NCBI GenBank assembly: GCA_040389905.1
Contig: JAZJZK010000007.1
Location: forward strand, 319,492 to 383,491
Reading direction: 5' to 3'
DNA from: Gemmatimonadota bacterium
GTDB lineage: Bacteria; Gemmatimonadota; Gemmatimonadetes; Gemmatimonadales; Gemmatimonadaceae
Length of the DNA stretch: 64,000 nucleotides
Position 1 is the first letter of the stretch, and each line of letters opens with the position of its first letter. This document shows, piece after piece, positions 1 to 9,560 of the stretch. A program made the translations under genes and the position numbers. The notes under the pieces were generated by a model. That model was not told the origin of the DNA. It worked only from the letters and a program-made list of their open reading frames with translations, and did not search any database.

Positions 1-2
1 TT

Positions 3-464
3 CGCGTGCACGGAGAATACGCGAGCTGGCATGCGAACTGTGCCTGGGACATGCTCGGCATTCCCGCATCGCTTGGTGTCGGGGCGCGGATAGAAACGAG
101 CTGTGCGTGTTGCGATGAGCCAGCGTCCATTCGAGTGAATGCCGATGTTGGCCCGGTGCGCGGTCAGGGTATCGTGCACATCATGCTCCCGGCCGCGTCG
201 TGGTACACGGACATCGGCTTCACGTGAAGCACCATGCTCTTCTTCCGGTCGGAGGAACACCTGCAGCGATGGTTGATCACGCGCAACGCGGAACGCGGTG
301 CGGTGCTGACGCTTGCCGAAACATGGCGGCTGGCCAAGGCGTGGTATCCGGATCGGCGGCTCCCTGAATGGAGGCCACGGACCATCGACGCGTCGCAGCG
401 AATTCTCGATGACATCGCGCTGCCTCCCGGCCCCGAGTTCTGGACGTTGAAGCCAGCGGGCTGA
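3..464 (+). CDS. MerB-like (alkylmercury lyase family) protein, 5'-truncated by the window; probable selenoprotein reading through UGA at 225-227
   Basis: ORFs 6..227 and 234..464 are in one frame, joined as ...DIGFT-UGA-STMLFFRSEEHL. ANCAWD resembles the MerB WCALD motif. SECIS-like hairpin at 240-257. Confidence 0.75.
240..257 (+). promoter_or_regulatory. Putative bacterial SECIS element
   Basis: Stem TTCTTCC/GGAGGAA with GGTC loop (247-250), 19 nt after the UGA. Confidence 0.65.
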
Positions 465-469
465 TAACC

Positions 470-494
470 CAACCGTTGTCGGGACCGCTGTGTC
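470..494 (+). promoter_or_regulatory. Putative ECF-sigma promoter CAAC-N17-TGTC
   Basis: CAACC-gttgtcgggaccgctg-TGTC. Same motif and spacing at 1748-1772 and upstream of the ECF sigma gene. Confidence 0.55.
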
Positions 495-538
495 TAGAGG
501 ACAACACGTCAGCGTCGAGTCCTCCAGCCCAACGAACC

Positions 539-1525
539 ATGTCCATCCTCCGCTATTCCAGCGCGCTGCTTCTGGCCCTCGCGACCGCCGCCGGTGCGCA
601 AAGCAGCTGTCCGTCTGGCAACGACGACGTGCGCGTCGCCGCATTGTCCGGACTCGCCCAGGTCGAAAGCGACCAGGTGCTCCCCGTCATGCGCAAAGTG
701 CTGGAACGGCGAGACGAGTGTTCCGTCTCCCTCCGCCGCCAGGTGATCAGCATGCTGACGCGGAGCCGCTTCGGCGAACAGACCGATCTCTTTCTCACCG
801 TCGCGCGCAATGACCCGAGCACGGAAGTTCGGCGCGCCGCGCTCAATGCCATTGCCCAGGTGAATTCCGAGCGCTCGGCTGCGGCGCTGGACTCGGTGGT
901 CTTCAACGCTGGGGACTCGGATCTCCGCGAGACCGCTCTGCGTGCGCTGGCACAGCAGTCGGCGCCCGCGGCGCGGCAGAGCCTGCACCGCGCTGCGGAA
1001 TTGACGACCCTGCCACTCGATCTTCGCATGCGCGCGGTCAGCTACACGTCGTCGTACAACAAGCGGTATCCCGAGGACACGCAGTTCCTCATGAGTCTCT
1101 ACTCCAAGACGGATAGTCCGGAGCTTCGCGACGCGATCATGCGCTCGGTGGCGAACCAGCGCGTGCCCGAAGCGACGACCTGGTTGCTGGCCATCGCCCG
1201 CGACAAGAGCCGCGACATCGATCATCGGCGACAGGCACTCTCAGCGGTGGGGCAAGCGGCGCGTTCGAATGGGCCGAGTGGCGCGACGAGCATCGATCTC
1301 AAGACGCTCATCGGATTGTATGACGACTTCGGGGGCCAGATCGAGATGCAGGACCGGATGATCGATGTGATGTCCCAGCTGCCGGATCAGATGGTCACGG
1401 ACAAGCTGCTCCAACTCGCGCGCTCCGAGGGCAATGTGGACCTGCGGAGGAAGGCGATTCTCCGCGTGGGCCAGCGGAAGGACCCGCGAGTACGGGACTT
1501 CCTGCTCGAGGTGCTGAGCAAGTAA
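539..1525 (+). CDS. Secreted HEAT-repeat protein
   Basis: Signal peptide MSILRYSSALLLALATAAGA-Q, repeated VRRAAL/LRETAL/LRRKAI helices; paralog of the C-terminal part of 8151..9560. Confidence 0.85.
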   Translation: MSILRYSSALLLALATAAGAQSSCPSGNDDVRVAALSGLAQVESDQVLPVMRKVLERRDECSVSLRRQVISMLTRSRFGEQTDLFLTVARNDPSTEVRRAALNAIAQVNSERSAAALDSVVFNAGDSDLRETALRALAQQSAPAARQSLHRAAELTTLPLDLRMRAVSYTSSYNKRYPEDTQFLMSLYSKTDSPELRDAIMRSVANQRVPEATTWLLAIARDKSRDIDHRRQALSAVGQAARSNGPSGATSIDLKTLIGLYDDFGGQIEMQDRMIDVMSQLPDQMVTDKLLQLARSEGNVDLRRKAILRVGQRKDPRVRDFLLEVLSK

Positions 1526-1586
1526 ACGATCGGCGATGTCGCGCCATCTCCGGAGACGCGCGCGAGCCAGAGTAGCTACAGATTGA

Positions 1587-1660
1587 GGAGCGGTATTGAA
1601 CGGATGCAACGGAAACAGCAGGATCAGGCCGTTTCCGTTGCAATCCGTGCGATCCGCTCC
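1587..1660. repeat. Imperfect inverted repeat of CGGAT-type units
   Basis: ggagcggtattgaacggatgcaacggaaac ... gtttccgttgcaatccgtgcgatccgctcc. Confidence 0.6.
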
Positions 1661-1747
1661 TTCCCGTATCCAGTTCGCGATCTATGTGAGAGTCTTGCCA
1701 AAACACCGGCATATGCTAAATAAATAGCACATAGTCCGGTATGTCGA

Positions 1748-1772
1748 CAACGCTCGCGCCCGACCCGGTGTC
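1748..1772 (+). promoter_or_regulatory. Putative ECF-sigma promoter CAAC-N17-TGTC
   Basis: CAACG-ctcgcgcccgacccgg-TGTC just upstream of the TonB-like gene. Confidence 0.5.
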
Positions 1773-1789
1773 CAACCCGTGTCACCTCG

Positions 1790-4700
1790 ATGATCACGTC
1801 CCAGAATCAACCCACCATCATGAATCACCGCCGCTCGATAGTCGCGGGGCTGTTTGCGATTGTGTGCGCTCTTTCTTCCGCCAGCGCACAGGTGCCCATC
1901 ACCGGACCCGATGTCATCCGTGGCAAGGTCACCGACGACTCCAGCAAGGGAGTCGTCGCCAATATCATGATCACGAGAGGGCCTGACCGGCTGACGCAGC
2001 AGACCACAACCGACAGCGCGGGCAACTTTTCATCGCGCTTCGAGGTGGGAACGGGTGACTACCTCATCTACGTCACCGCAGCTGGGTTCACGCCGGTCCG
2101 CCGCCGCGTGACGCGCGAGACGACGGAGCACGACTTCGTCGCGAATTTCGTCCTCGCCCGCAATGTGGCGCTTCTGTCTGCGGTGAACGTGACCGCAGAC
2201 CGCCCCGTGCGTGCATCGAACAACATCTCGCCGACGACACTCGAAGTCGGCGCTGCCGAGAAGTGGCAGGACGGCATCAATGGCGCGATAGCACCGAACA
2301 TCGCCGGCGACCTGAATGCCATTGCGGGCACGATGTCCAACGTCACGATGACGGGGCTCGGACCATCGATCCTCGGATCGGGGTCGGAGTCAAATCTCAC
2401 AACGCTGAACGGGATGGGGCTGTCGGCAGGAGCGATTCCGCGCGCCGCCAACACACAGACGCGCGTGACGGGCGCCACCTTCGATCCCACGCGCGGCGGA
2501 TTCGCCGGCGCGAACATCGACGTCAGGCTTGGACCGGGCGACCGTTTCTTCCAGCGCCGCAGCGGCTTCCTGACACTCGATCCGCAGGCCCTTCAATTCA
2601 CCGACGCCATCGGACGATCGCTCGGCGCGCGCAACGGTGGCGCGCGCGGTAGCCTCGGCGCGAACGGAGAAATGATTCGGCAGGCCGCGACGTACAACAT
2701 CGCACTCGACGTCGGCCGGACGATCAGCGATCCCGCGACACTGCTCGATGCGGACGCCGACGCATTGCTGCGCGCCGGCGTCTCGCCCGATTCCGTCGCG
2801 CGCCTCGTTGCGGTGGCGAGCCCGCTCGGCATTACGAGTGGAAGTCGCTCCGTGCCGAGCAATCGCCAGCACGACGCCGTGAGCTTTCTCTCGCGTTTCG
2901 ACGATACGCGAGACACGCTGCGGACGCGCGCGCTGACGGGGTACGCCGGCTACACGAAAGACGGGGCGCTTGGATTCGGACCGCTCGCCGCGCCGTCGGC
3001 ATCGGGCGAGCGCAAGGAACTGACGTACGGGACACAACTCACGCTCGGCGAATTCGTGGGCCCCGGGCGGCGTATCCTCACCGAGTCGCGCTTTGCAGCG
3101 AGCGCGGTGAAGACGAACACTGATCCGTATCGTGAGCTTCCGGGTGCGAGCGTGCTGGTGCGTTCGTCCACGCTCGATGCGAGCCGAGACATCACTGGTG
3201 TCACGCTGGGTGGTGCGTCGAATCTCGCGACGGACGACCTGCGCTGGACAGCGGAAGGCTCGAACGAGACCACGTGGAACGCGGGAGGCCGCCGTCACCG
3301 GTTCAAGACACAGCTCTGGGGGCGCGCGGACGGCCTTACGTCCGATGGCATTCCGAATCGACTGGGGAACTTTACCTACAACTCCATCGAAGATCTTTCT
3401 GCGGGCCACCCCGCCAGCTTCACCCGCACGCTGACACAGCCGGAGCGCTCGGGAAGCGTATGGAACACGGCCGCCGCTATCGCGCATCAATGGGCACCGC
3501 ACCGTTTCTTCAGCATGCTCTACGGACTGCGTGTCGAGGCGGACGGATTCAACAGTTCGCCCGCGAAGAACAGCGCACTGGATCAGGCGCTCGGCGTCAC
3601 ATCGGGTGTGGCACCAACGCGCATTCACGTCAGTCCGCGACTGGGTTTCTCCTACACGTACAACAAGGACAAGGAGAACGGGCAGGGAACAAATCAGACG
3701 TCTGTTGGACGGTTCTATCGCACGACGGCGGGCGTCATTCGTGGCGGTATCGGCAACTTCCGCGACCTGCTGCGACCGGACTTGCTCGCGAGCGCCTCGG
3801 CGGCGACCGGCCTCGCAGGCGGCACGACGATTCTCTCATGCGTTGGTGCGGCAGTGCCGGCGGCAGATTGGGCGAAATTCAGCGCTGATCCAACGAGCAT
3901 TCCCACGCAGTGTGTGACAGGTAGCGGTGTCCTCGCCGAGCGTGCGCCCGCGGTGACGCTGATCGATCCGGGGTATGATGTGCCGAATAGCTGGCGTGCA
4001 TCGCTCGACTGGAACACGAGCTTTCGTACCTGGCTGCTGCGTGCTGGCGTACTTGGATCGTGGGATCTGTCGCAGCCCGGCACGGTGGACGCGAATTTCT
4101 CCGGAAATCAGCGGCTGTCGCTTGCGTCCGAGGGTGGGCGTCCCGTCTACGTATCCGCGGCGGCGATCGACCCGACGACTGGTGCGGTGTCCGCCGCTGA
4201 GTCGCGACGGAGTGACCAGTATGGCCGCGTTGGCGTTCGTGTGAGCGACCTCCGCGGCTACGGTGGTCAGCTCAACCTCGGAATTTCGCCGGACGTGTTC
4301 AAGTTCCGGAGTGGCGCGTCGTTCTACGGTTCGCTCAACTACACACTGCAATCGACCAAGCGCGAGTTTCGTGGCTTCGACGGCGCGAGCTTCGGAGACC
4401 CACGCCTCCGTGAGTGGTCAGCGGGACCGAACGACGCGCGCCATGCGCTCGTGTTCACGACTGGTTTCTATACGCAGAAGACGGGCACGGTAACGATGTT
4501 CGCGCGGGCGCAGTCCGGCTTGCCGTTCACGCCGATCGTGCAGGGCGACATCAACGGCGACGGGCGCGGCGGTGATCGCGCGTTCGTGCCCGATCCGAAC
4601 AAGGAAACAGATCAAGCCGTCGCGACGCAGATTCGTGCGTTGCTCGCGAACGGTGCGTCGACCGCGCAGCAGTGCCTCACGCAGAACCTCGGCGCCGTGG

Positions 4701-5572
4701 CCGCGCGCAACAGCTGCCGCGGGCCGTGGACGCAGTCGTTCAACATCCAGTGGCGTCCGCCGGTGCCATCGCGGTGGGGTGGCCGCGTCAGTCCCAACGT
4801 CTATTTGCAGAACGTGCTCGCGGGTGTCGATCAACTCGTGAATGGCAGCGCGTCGCTCAAGGGTTGGGGGTCACCGTCGTTCGTCGATCCGGTGCTGCTC
4901 GTGCCGCGCGGCTATGATGCGGGCGCGAACCGATTCCGCTACGACGTGAATCCGCGCTTTGCGGACACTCGGCCGTCGAGGAATCTCGCGCTCAATCCCT
5001 TCCGCCTGGTCATCGACTTCGCGCTCAACCTCTCGACGGATTACGACCTGCAGCAGTTGCGACGCGCGGTGGAACCGATTCGCGCGCCCGAGGGGTGGCA
5101 ACGTCGATCAGCGGATTCACTGACGGCGTTTTACCTGCGCAATACTTCGAGCGTTCACAAGGCGTTGATCGCGGAGTCCGATTCGCTGTTCCTCAGTGCC
5201 TCGCAAGTGACGGCGTTGCGCCGCGCCGATTCGGTGTTTTCAGCGCGCGTGCGGGCGATCTACCGTCCGCTCGGCGACTATCTCTCGAAGGGTCAGGGCG
5301 GAGCAGGGAAGTCCGAGCTCGACAGTGTACAGACGGCGTCGAAGGCATACTGGAAGGTGTTCTGGGAGCAGCCAGAGGCCGCCGATTCCGTGGTGACGCA
5401 GTCGCAGCGCGAGCTGTTCCCAATGCTTCGTGAGATGGTGAAGACGCCGAAACCGGAGCGCGAGCACAGCCAGTGGCAGTTCGGCAACCCCGTGACGGTG
5501 ACGGACAAGCCGAAGGCGGCGGTGCCGGCAGTGCCCACCACGAATGTGCAGCAGAGCACATCGAAGCCGTAG
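1790..5572 (+). CDS. TonB-dependent-receptor-like outer membrane protein with N-terminal carboxypeptidase-regulatory-like domain (start may be ATG 1820)
   Basis: 1260 aa; signal peptide, IRGKVTD domain, plug-like FDPTRGGFAGA, barrel motifs SPRLGFSY and GDINGDG; helical C-terminal extension. Confidence 0.8.
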   Translation: MITSQNQPTIMNHRRSIVAGLFAIVCALSSASAQVPITGPDVIRGKVTDDSSKGVVANIMITRGPDRLTQQTTTDSAGNFSSRFEVGTGDYLIYVTAAGFTPVRRRVTRETTEHDFVANFVLARNVALLSAVNVTADRPVRASNNISPTTLEVGAAEKWQDGINGAIAPNIAGDLNAIAGTMSNVTMTGLGPSILGSGSESNLTTLNGMGLSAGAIPRAANTQTRVTGATFDPTRGGFAGANIDVRLGPGDRFFQRRSGFLTLDPQALQFTDAIGRSLGARNGGARGSLGANGEMIRQAATYNIALDVGRTISDPATLLDADADALLRAGVSPDSVARLVAVASPLGITSGSRSVPSNRQHDAVSFLSRFDDTRDTLRTRALTGYAGYTKDGALGFGPLAAPSASGERKELTYGTQLTLGEFVGPGRRILTESRFAASAVKTNTDPYRELPGASVLVRSSTLDASRDITGVTLGGASNLATDDLRWTAEGSNETTWNAGGRRHRFKTQLWGRADGLTSDGIPNRLGNFTYNSIEDLSAGHPASFTRTLTQPERSGSVWNTAAAIAHQWAPHRFFSMLYGLRVEADGFNSSPAKNSALDQALGVTSGVAPTRIHVSPRLGFSYTYNKDKENGQGTNQTSVGRFYRTTAGVIRGGIGNFRDLLRPDLLASASAATGLAGGTTILSCVGAAVPAADWAKFSADPTSIPTQCVTGSGVLAERAPAVTLIDPGYDVPNSWRASLDWNTSFRTWLLRAGVLGSWDLSQPGTVDANFSGNQRLSLASEGGRPVYVSAAAIDPTTGAVSAAESRRSDQYGRVGVRVSDLRGYGGQLNLGISPDVFKFRSGASFYGSLNYTLQSTKREFRGFDGASFGDPRLREWSAGPNDARHALVFTTGFYTQKTGTVTMFARAQSGLPFTPIVQGDINGDGRGGDRAFVPDPNKETDQAVATQIRALLANGASTAQQCLTQNLGAVAARNSCRGPWTQSFNIQWRPPVPSRWGGRVSPNVYLQNVLAGVDQLVNGSASLKGWGSPSFVDPVLLVPRGYDAGANRFRYDVNPRFADTRPSRNLALNPFRLVIDFALNLSTDYDLQQLRRAVEPIRAPEGWQRRSADSLTAFYLRNTSSVHKALIAESDSLFLSASQVTALRRADSVFSARVRAIYRPLGDYLSKGQGGAGKSELDSVQTASKAYWKVFWEQPEAADSVVTQSQRELFPMLREMVKTPKPEREHSQWQFGNPVTVTDKPKAAVPAVPTTNVQQSTSKP

Positions 5573-5733
5573 GCAGCGGACAAGAGGCTGGATGCCAGAA
5601 AACTGTCATCACGAACGACGTAGAGCGATCTGCCCTTGTTGCGCGCAGCCGTTGTATACATACTTGTGAGTAGTGGTGCCCACCGCGCCGCTTCGCGAGA
5701 TCGTCGACTCACAGTCAACCGAGGAGCGCAGGA

Positions 5734-5955
5734 ATGAACTCGAGGAATCGTCGCTTGGCCGCGCTGGTGTGCGCGGTGGTGGGGTCTGCACTGCTTCAGG
5801 CATGCGCGAACGTCACGACAGGCAGCTTCAGGGCAACGCAGTCGCGGAAGATGAGCAGCTTCGACATGCTGCACTATCAGGCGACGCCAGGTGTGTCGCG
5901 GCTGATGATGACCACGCAGGGAACGGGCGGGCTCTGGGACTACAAGTACTACTAA
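5734..5955 (+). CDS. Small putative lipoprotein
   Basis: GAGGAG upstream; basic N-terminus, hydrophobic stretch and LLQAC lipobox-like site. Confidence 0.5.
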   Translation: MNSRNRRLAALVCAVVGSALLQACANVTTGSFRATQSRKMSSFDMLHYQATPGVSRLMMTTQGTGGLWDYKYY

Positions 5956-5971
5956 GGCAACCGCAACTGAC

Positions 5972-6070
5972 TGAACGCGGATTGAGCGGATGGAGCGGAT
6001 CAATTCCGAGACCTGCATGATTTCGTGGTTGATCGGATGTTATTCGCTCCATCCGCTCAATCCGCGTTCA
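5972..6070. repeat. 29-bp near-perfect inverted repeat of 9-nt CGGAT units (MITE-like)
   Basis: tgaacgcggattgagcggatggagcggat ... attcgctccatccgctcaatccgcgttca, between convergent genes. Confidence 0.8.
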
Positions 6071-6090
6071 ATGTGCCGGCTGGCGGCACC

Positions 6091-6852
6091 CTAGCGAAGA
6101 ATCGACTCAAAGAGATCCAACGCTCGCGCATCGCCAGACTGGCCGAGCCAGAACAGTGCCTTGCTGCGCACATGCGGATCCGGGTTCTTGCGCGCCACGT
6201 CATAGAGCATGGGGATTCCCTCGTTGTGCGGCAACTGGGAGAGCACGAACACCGCGTGCGCCTTGAGGTCGTCGCGCTCATCCGGATCCTCGTCATCGAA
6301 CGGCTCGTTGGGGTGACCGCTCGTGGCGGCCGCCGCAAAGCGCGAGAGCCAGAATGATGCATCCCCGCGGGTGTTGCTCGACCGCCGGTTGTCGCGGGCG
6401 ATCGTGAGGAGCGTCGGCCAGACCACAGCACTGTCCGCGAGGACGGCCGGAAGAATCGCCTTGCTCGCGCCGCTGTTCGAGTGCGCCGCAATATCCAGCA
6501 GATAGCGCGCGGCCTCACGCGCCGGCACGGCGCCGAGGTCCTTCGCATCACGCGTTCGCGGCGTGCCGACCCACGATTCAACGCGATCGACGTCGCCATC
6601 GACGAGGGACAGTCGTACCTGAACGGGCCCAGCATCACAGCGCGCCCTGCGAGTGGATGACGAGAAGCGACCCATGTACGACGAGCCATACTTGATGAAG
6701 GTCGAGCCATCGCCGCACACGCCTTCGCGAGCGGTGAACTCGAACGTCACGGCGCCGTTTTTCGTGGAGCGAACGCGGTCGGCGAGCGGCTGGGCATCAG
6801 CGAACGTGCTCACACCGGCCAGACACATCAGGGCAACAGGGAGAGAGCGCAT
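6091..6852 (-). CDS. Secreted HEAT-repeat protein
   Basis: Signal peptide, CGDG-containing N-domain, C-terminal AVFVLSQ and VRSKALFWLGQ repeats. Confidence 0.85.
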   Translation of the reverse strand: MRSLPVALMCLAGVSTFADAQPLADRVRSTKNGAVTFEFTAREGVCGDGSTFIKYGSSYMGRFSSSTRRARCDAGPVQVRLSLVDGDVDRVESWVGTPRTRDAKDLGAVPAREAARYLLDIAAHSNSGASKAILPAVLADSAVVWPTLLTIARDNRRSSNTRGDASFWLSRFAAAATSGHPNEPFDDEDPDERDDLKAHAVFVLSQLPHNEGIPMLYDVARKNPDPHVRSKALFWLGQSGDARALDLFESILR

Positions 6853-6854
6853 GA

Positions 6855-8147
6855 CTACCTCACCAGGATGTCACTGATCAACTTCGTCACGCGGGGATCT
6901 TTCTTCTGCGCCAACCAGAACAACGCCTTCCCGCGCATCTTGGAATCGCCGTCCTCTTTCGCAATGCGAATGAGAGCGTCGGTCGCCGCGTTTTCCTGCC
7001 GCTGCGAGAGGACGAAGATCGCGTGCTCGCGAAGCGAGGCGGAATTTTCGTCGCGATAGAAGTTGAGGATGTCGGCGGTCGGCGTGCCCTCGCGCTGACC
7101 TGCCCAGAAGAGCGCCGAGCGCCGGATCTTCGTTGACTCCGACGCATCACGCGCGCGGAGCATCAACCAGCGGCCACCATTGACGTCGTCATCCTGCATG
7201 CCCTGGAACACCGATTCCTTCAGCTTGTCGCTGTCCAGTCGCGGGTAGACATCGCGCAGGTATTGAAACTCCGCACTCGACGTCTGATCCCCGTGCGAAA
7301 GTGCAAAGATCGCCTGGGCGCGCACGCGTTCCTGCTCCTTCGTGTCCTCGATCATCTGATGGAGGCGTCGCAGCGCGCGGGGGTCCGCGTTCTGTCCAAG
7401 CCAGAATGCAACCGAGTGACGCGTCCCCGCCGCGGGTTCGCGCGAGAGATCGATGAGTGCAGGCACGCCGGCGTTATCATCGAGCTGGCTCAGTGCCGCC
7501 ACGGCGGCCGACGCCATTCCCTTCTTCTCCGAATAGTCGTCACTGGCGCCATCCTTCGCGAAGCCAACGAGAGCCGGAATGATCGACGCGTCGCCAACGA
7601 GCCCCAACCACTGAACGGCCTGTCGCCGAGTGCGGTCGGTGCGCGCGCTGTTGCGTGCGAGGGAGAGGAGCGGCTGGATGACCGCCGGATCGTCAGCGAG
7701 CACCGCGGGCAGCAGGAGCCGATCTTTTCCAGACTCCGTTTCCAATTGCGGGACGAGGCTGAAGAAGTACGCGGAAGCCTCCCTGGCGGAAACCGAACCG
7801 AGATCGGTGACGCGCGCATCGGTTTGCGGCCACGCGCCGCCGATCTGCGTCTTGACCAGCGTGACCTCGCCGCGCGACAGCGTGAGGGCAACGCGCACGG
7901 GGCCTGACACACAGCGGGTGTTGTTCCAACTCCCGTACGACTCGAAGTTTCGGGCGAACATCGCATGCCGAAAACCGACGACGTCGCGACCATCACCGCA
8001 CGCGCCGGCTCGCGAATCGAACTGCATCCGTACCACGCCATCGCGAGCCTGCGCGACGCGTGATGCAATCGTCCCCTGGGCAGAGAGCGCCTGACCCGTT
8101 GCCGCGGCGATCAACGCCGCGGCCGGAATGAGCGTGGAGAGCCGCAT
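6855..8147 (-). CDS. Secreted HEAT-repeat protein
   Basis: Signal peptide; same N-domain as 6091..6852; multiple AxFWLGQ/AIFxLS repeats. Confidence 0.85.
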   Translation of the reverse strand: MRLSTLIPAAALIAAATGQALSAQGTIASRVAQARDGVVRMQFDSRAGACGDGRDVVGFRHAMFARNFESYGSWNNTRCVSGPVRVALTLSRGEVTLVKTQIGGAWPQTDARVTDLGSVSAREASAYFFSLVPQLETESGKDRLLLPAVLADDPAVIQPLLSLARNSARTDRTRRQAVQWLGLVGDASIIPALVGFAKDGASDDYSEKKGMASAAVAALSQLDDNAGVPALIDLSREPAAGTRHSVAFWLGQNADPRALRRLHQMIEDTKEQERVRAQAIFALSHGDQTSSAEFQYLRDVYPRLDSDKLKESVFQGMQDDDVNGGRWLMLRARDASESTKIRRSALFWAGQREGTPTADILNFYRDENSASLREHAIFVLSQRQENAATDALIRIAKEDGDSKMRGKALFWLAQKKDPRVTKLISDILVR

Positions 8148-8150
8148 CGC

Positions 8151-9560
8151 TCAGGGTTTGGTGAGAATGTCGAGGAGAATCTGGCGTATGCGCGGATCGT
8201 TTTTCTGTCCCAGCCAGAAGATGGCCTTCTTCCTCATCTCGGGATCCTTGTCGCTCTTCGCAATCTCCACGAGCTTCTCGGAGGCAACCCGATCACGAGA
8301 GTCGGACATCACCCAAATGAGCTGCTCCTTGAGCGGGCGCTCGGTGAGCTTTTCGTAGAGCGACACCAACTCGGCGCCGGAGATGCCAGCCTGACCTGCT
8401 GTGAACAGCGCCTGTTTTCTGACCTCGATACTCGCACTCGCATCGTTCGCGACGCCGAGGATCCACCGGTCGTTGCCGAAGCCCTGCATTTGCGAGAGCG
8501 AGAACAGGATCTCCTTACGCGCCACGTCGTCATTTCCAGAGCGCCGATAGAGCGCACGCAGGAAGTCCGCGTTCTCCTGGGAGCGGTGCTGGCCGAGCCA
8601 GAAGATCGCCTGCTTGCGCACGTTGTCCGGCGTGCTCTGGGCCTCTGCGAGCTTGCGGATCACGGCAAAGGCGCGCGCCGAGCCGTGCTGCGTCAGTGCA
8701 AACACCGCCTTTTCACGAAGTCCATTGTCCGAGGACGATGTGGCGAGTTCCTCCAAGAGGGTCAGGGCGCGTTCCGACTGTGTCTGGCCCAACCAGAAGA
8801 CGGCGTCCTCACGAACGGCGCGACTCGGATCGTTCTTGATGACATCGATCATCAGATTCTCGGTCTCGCTCGACGGCTTCTGGGACAGGAGGAATACCGC
8901 CTTCTTGCGCAGGTTCGCGGAGCAGGCATCGCGACGCTTCAACACTTCCTTGATGATCGGGAGCGCGCTTTGTGCGTCCATCTGCAGCAGCGCATTCATC
9001 GCCTCGCTGCGGATGTCATCCTTGTCGTCGCCCGACGTGCACCGTGTGTCCTGCGTCGCGGCCCGCGTCACGTCCTCGGCCGACGGAGCATCACCGCGCT
9101 TGGCCAACGCACCCTTGATGCGAATTGCCAGCTCGTCCGCGTCGGAAGACGTATTGGCCTTCGGGAAGCGAGCGTGGTGGTTCTCGAGTACGCGCACCGC
9201 CTCGCGAAGGTCATCCTCACCGCCGAGGCGGTAGAGCGCGTAGGCGCGATAGTAGAGTGCGTCAGCCGAGTAGGTCGACTTGGGATAGCGGTCGGTGATG
9301 CGCTTGAAGGTGTCCGCCGCGCGACGGTACTGGTTCTTGTTGAGCGCCTCGCGGGCCGCGCGGTACAGCGAGTCCGCTGGATCGGCCTCGTCATACGGGA
9401 GTGGCGCGATCTCCGAGAACGGGCGCGCCGCGGTCATCGGGACCGTGCGAGCGCGCGCGCGGGCAGACGGCGCCTGCGCGGCGGACAGCAATGTGATGGC
9501 TGGGATCACCAGCGCGATGGTCGAGAAGAATCGACGAATGGTCATGGCAGTATTCCTCAT
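8151..9560 (-). CDS. Secreted TPR (BamD/CpoB-like) plus HEAT-repeat protein
   Basis: ADSLYRAAREAL...YPKSTYSADALYY TPR unit followed by AVFWLGQ HEAT repeats. Confidence 0.85.
   Translation of the reverse strand: MRNTAMTIRRFFSTIALVIPAITLLSAAQAPSARARARTVPMTAARPFSEIAPLPYDEADPADSLYRAAREALNKNQYRRAADTFKRITDRYPKSTYSADALYYRAYALYRLGGEDDLREAVRVLENHHARFPKANTSSDADELAIRIKGALAKRGDAPSAEDVTRAATQDTRCTSGDDKDDIRSEAMNALLQMDAQSALPIIKEVLKRRDACSANLRKKAVFLLSQKPSSETENLMIDVIKNDPSRAVREDAVFWLGQTQSERALTLLEELATSSSDNGLREKAVFALTQHGSARAFAVIRKLAEAQSTPDNVRKQAIFWLGQHRSQENADFLRALYRRSGNDDVARKEILFSLSQMQGFGNDRWILGVANDASASIEVRKQALFTAGQAGISGAELVSLYEKLTERPLKEQLIWVMSDSRDRVASEKLVEIAKSDKDPEMRKKAIFWLGQKNDPRIRQILLDILTKP

Noticed and set aside
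1695..1730. AT-rich TGCTA-N6-TAGCA palindrome with TTGCCA upstream of the TonB-like gene
   Set aside because: Only 5-bp arms, a single occurrence and no matching regulator identified.
2390..3628. Long antisense ORFs (also 8490..9860, 46518..48164, 57357..59141, 60821..62209)
   Set aside because: Shadow frames of real genes in high-GC DNA, with no recognisable motifs.
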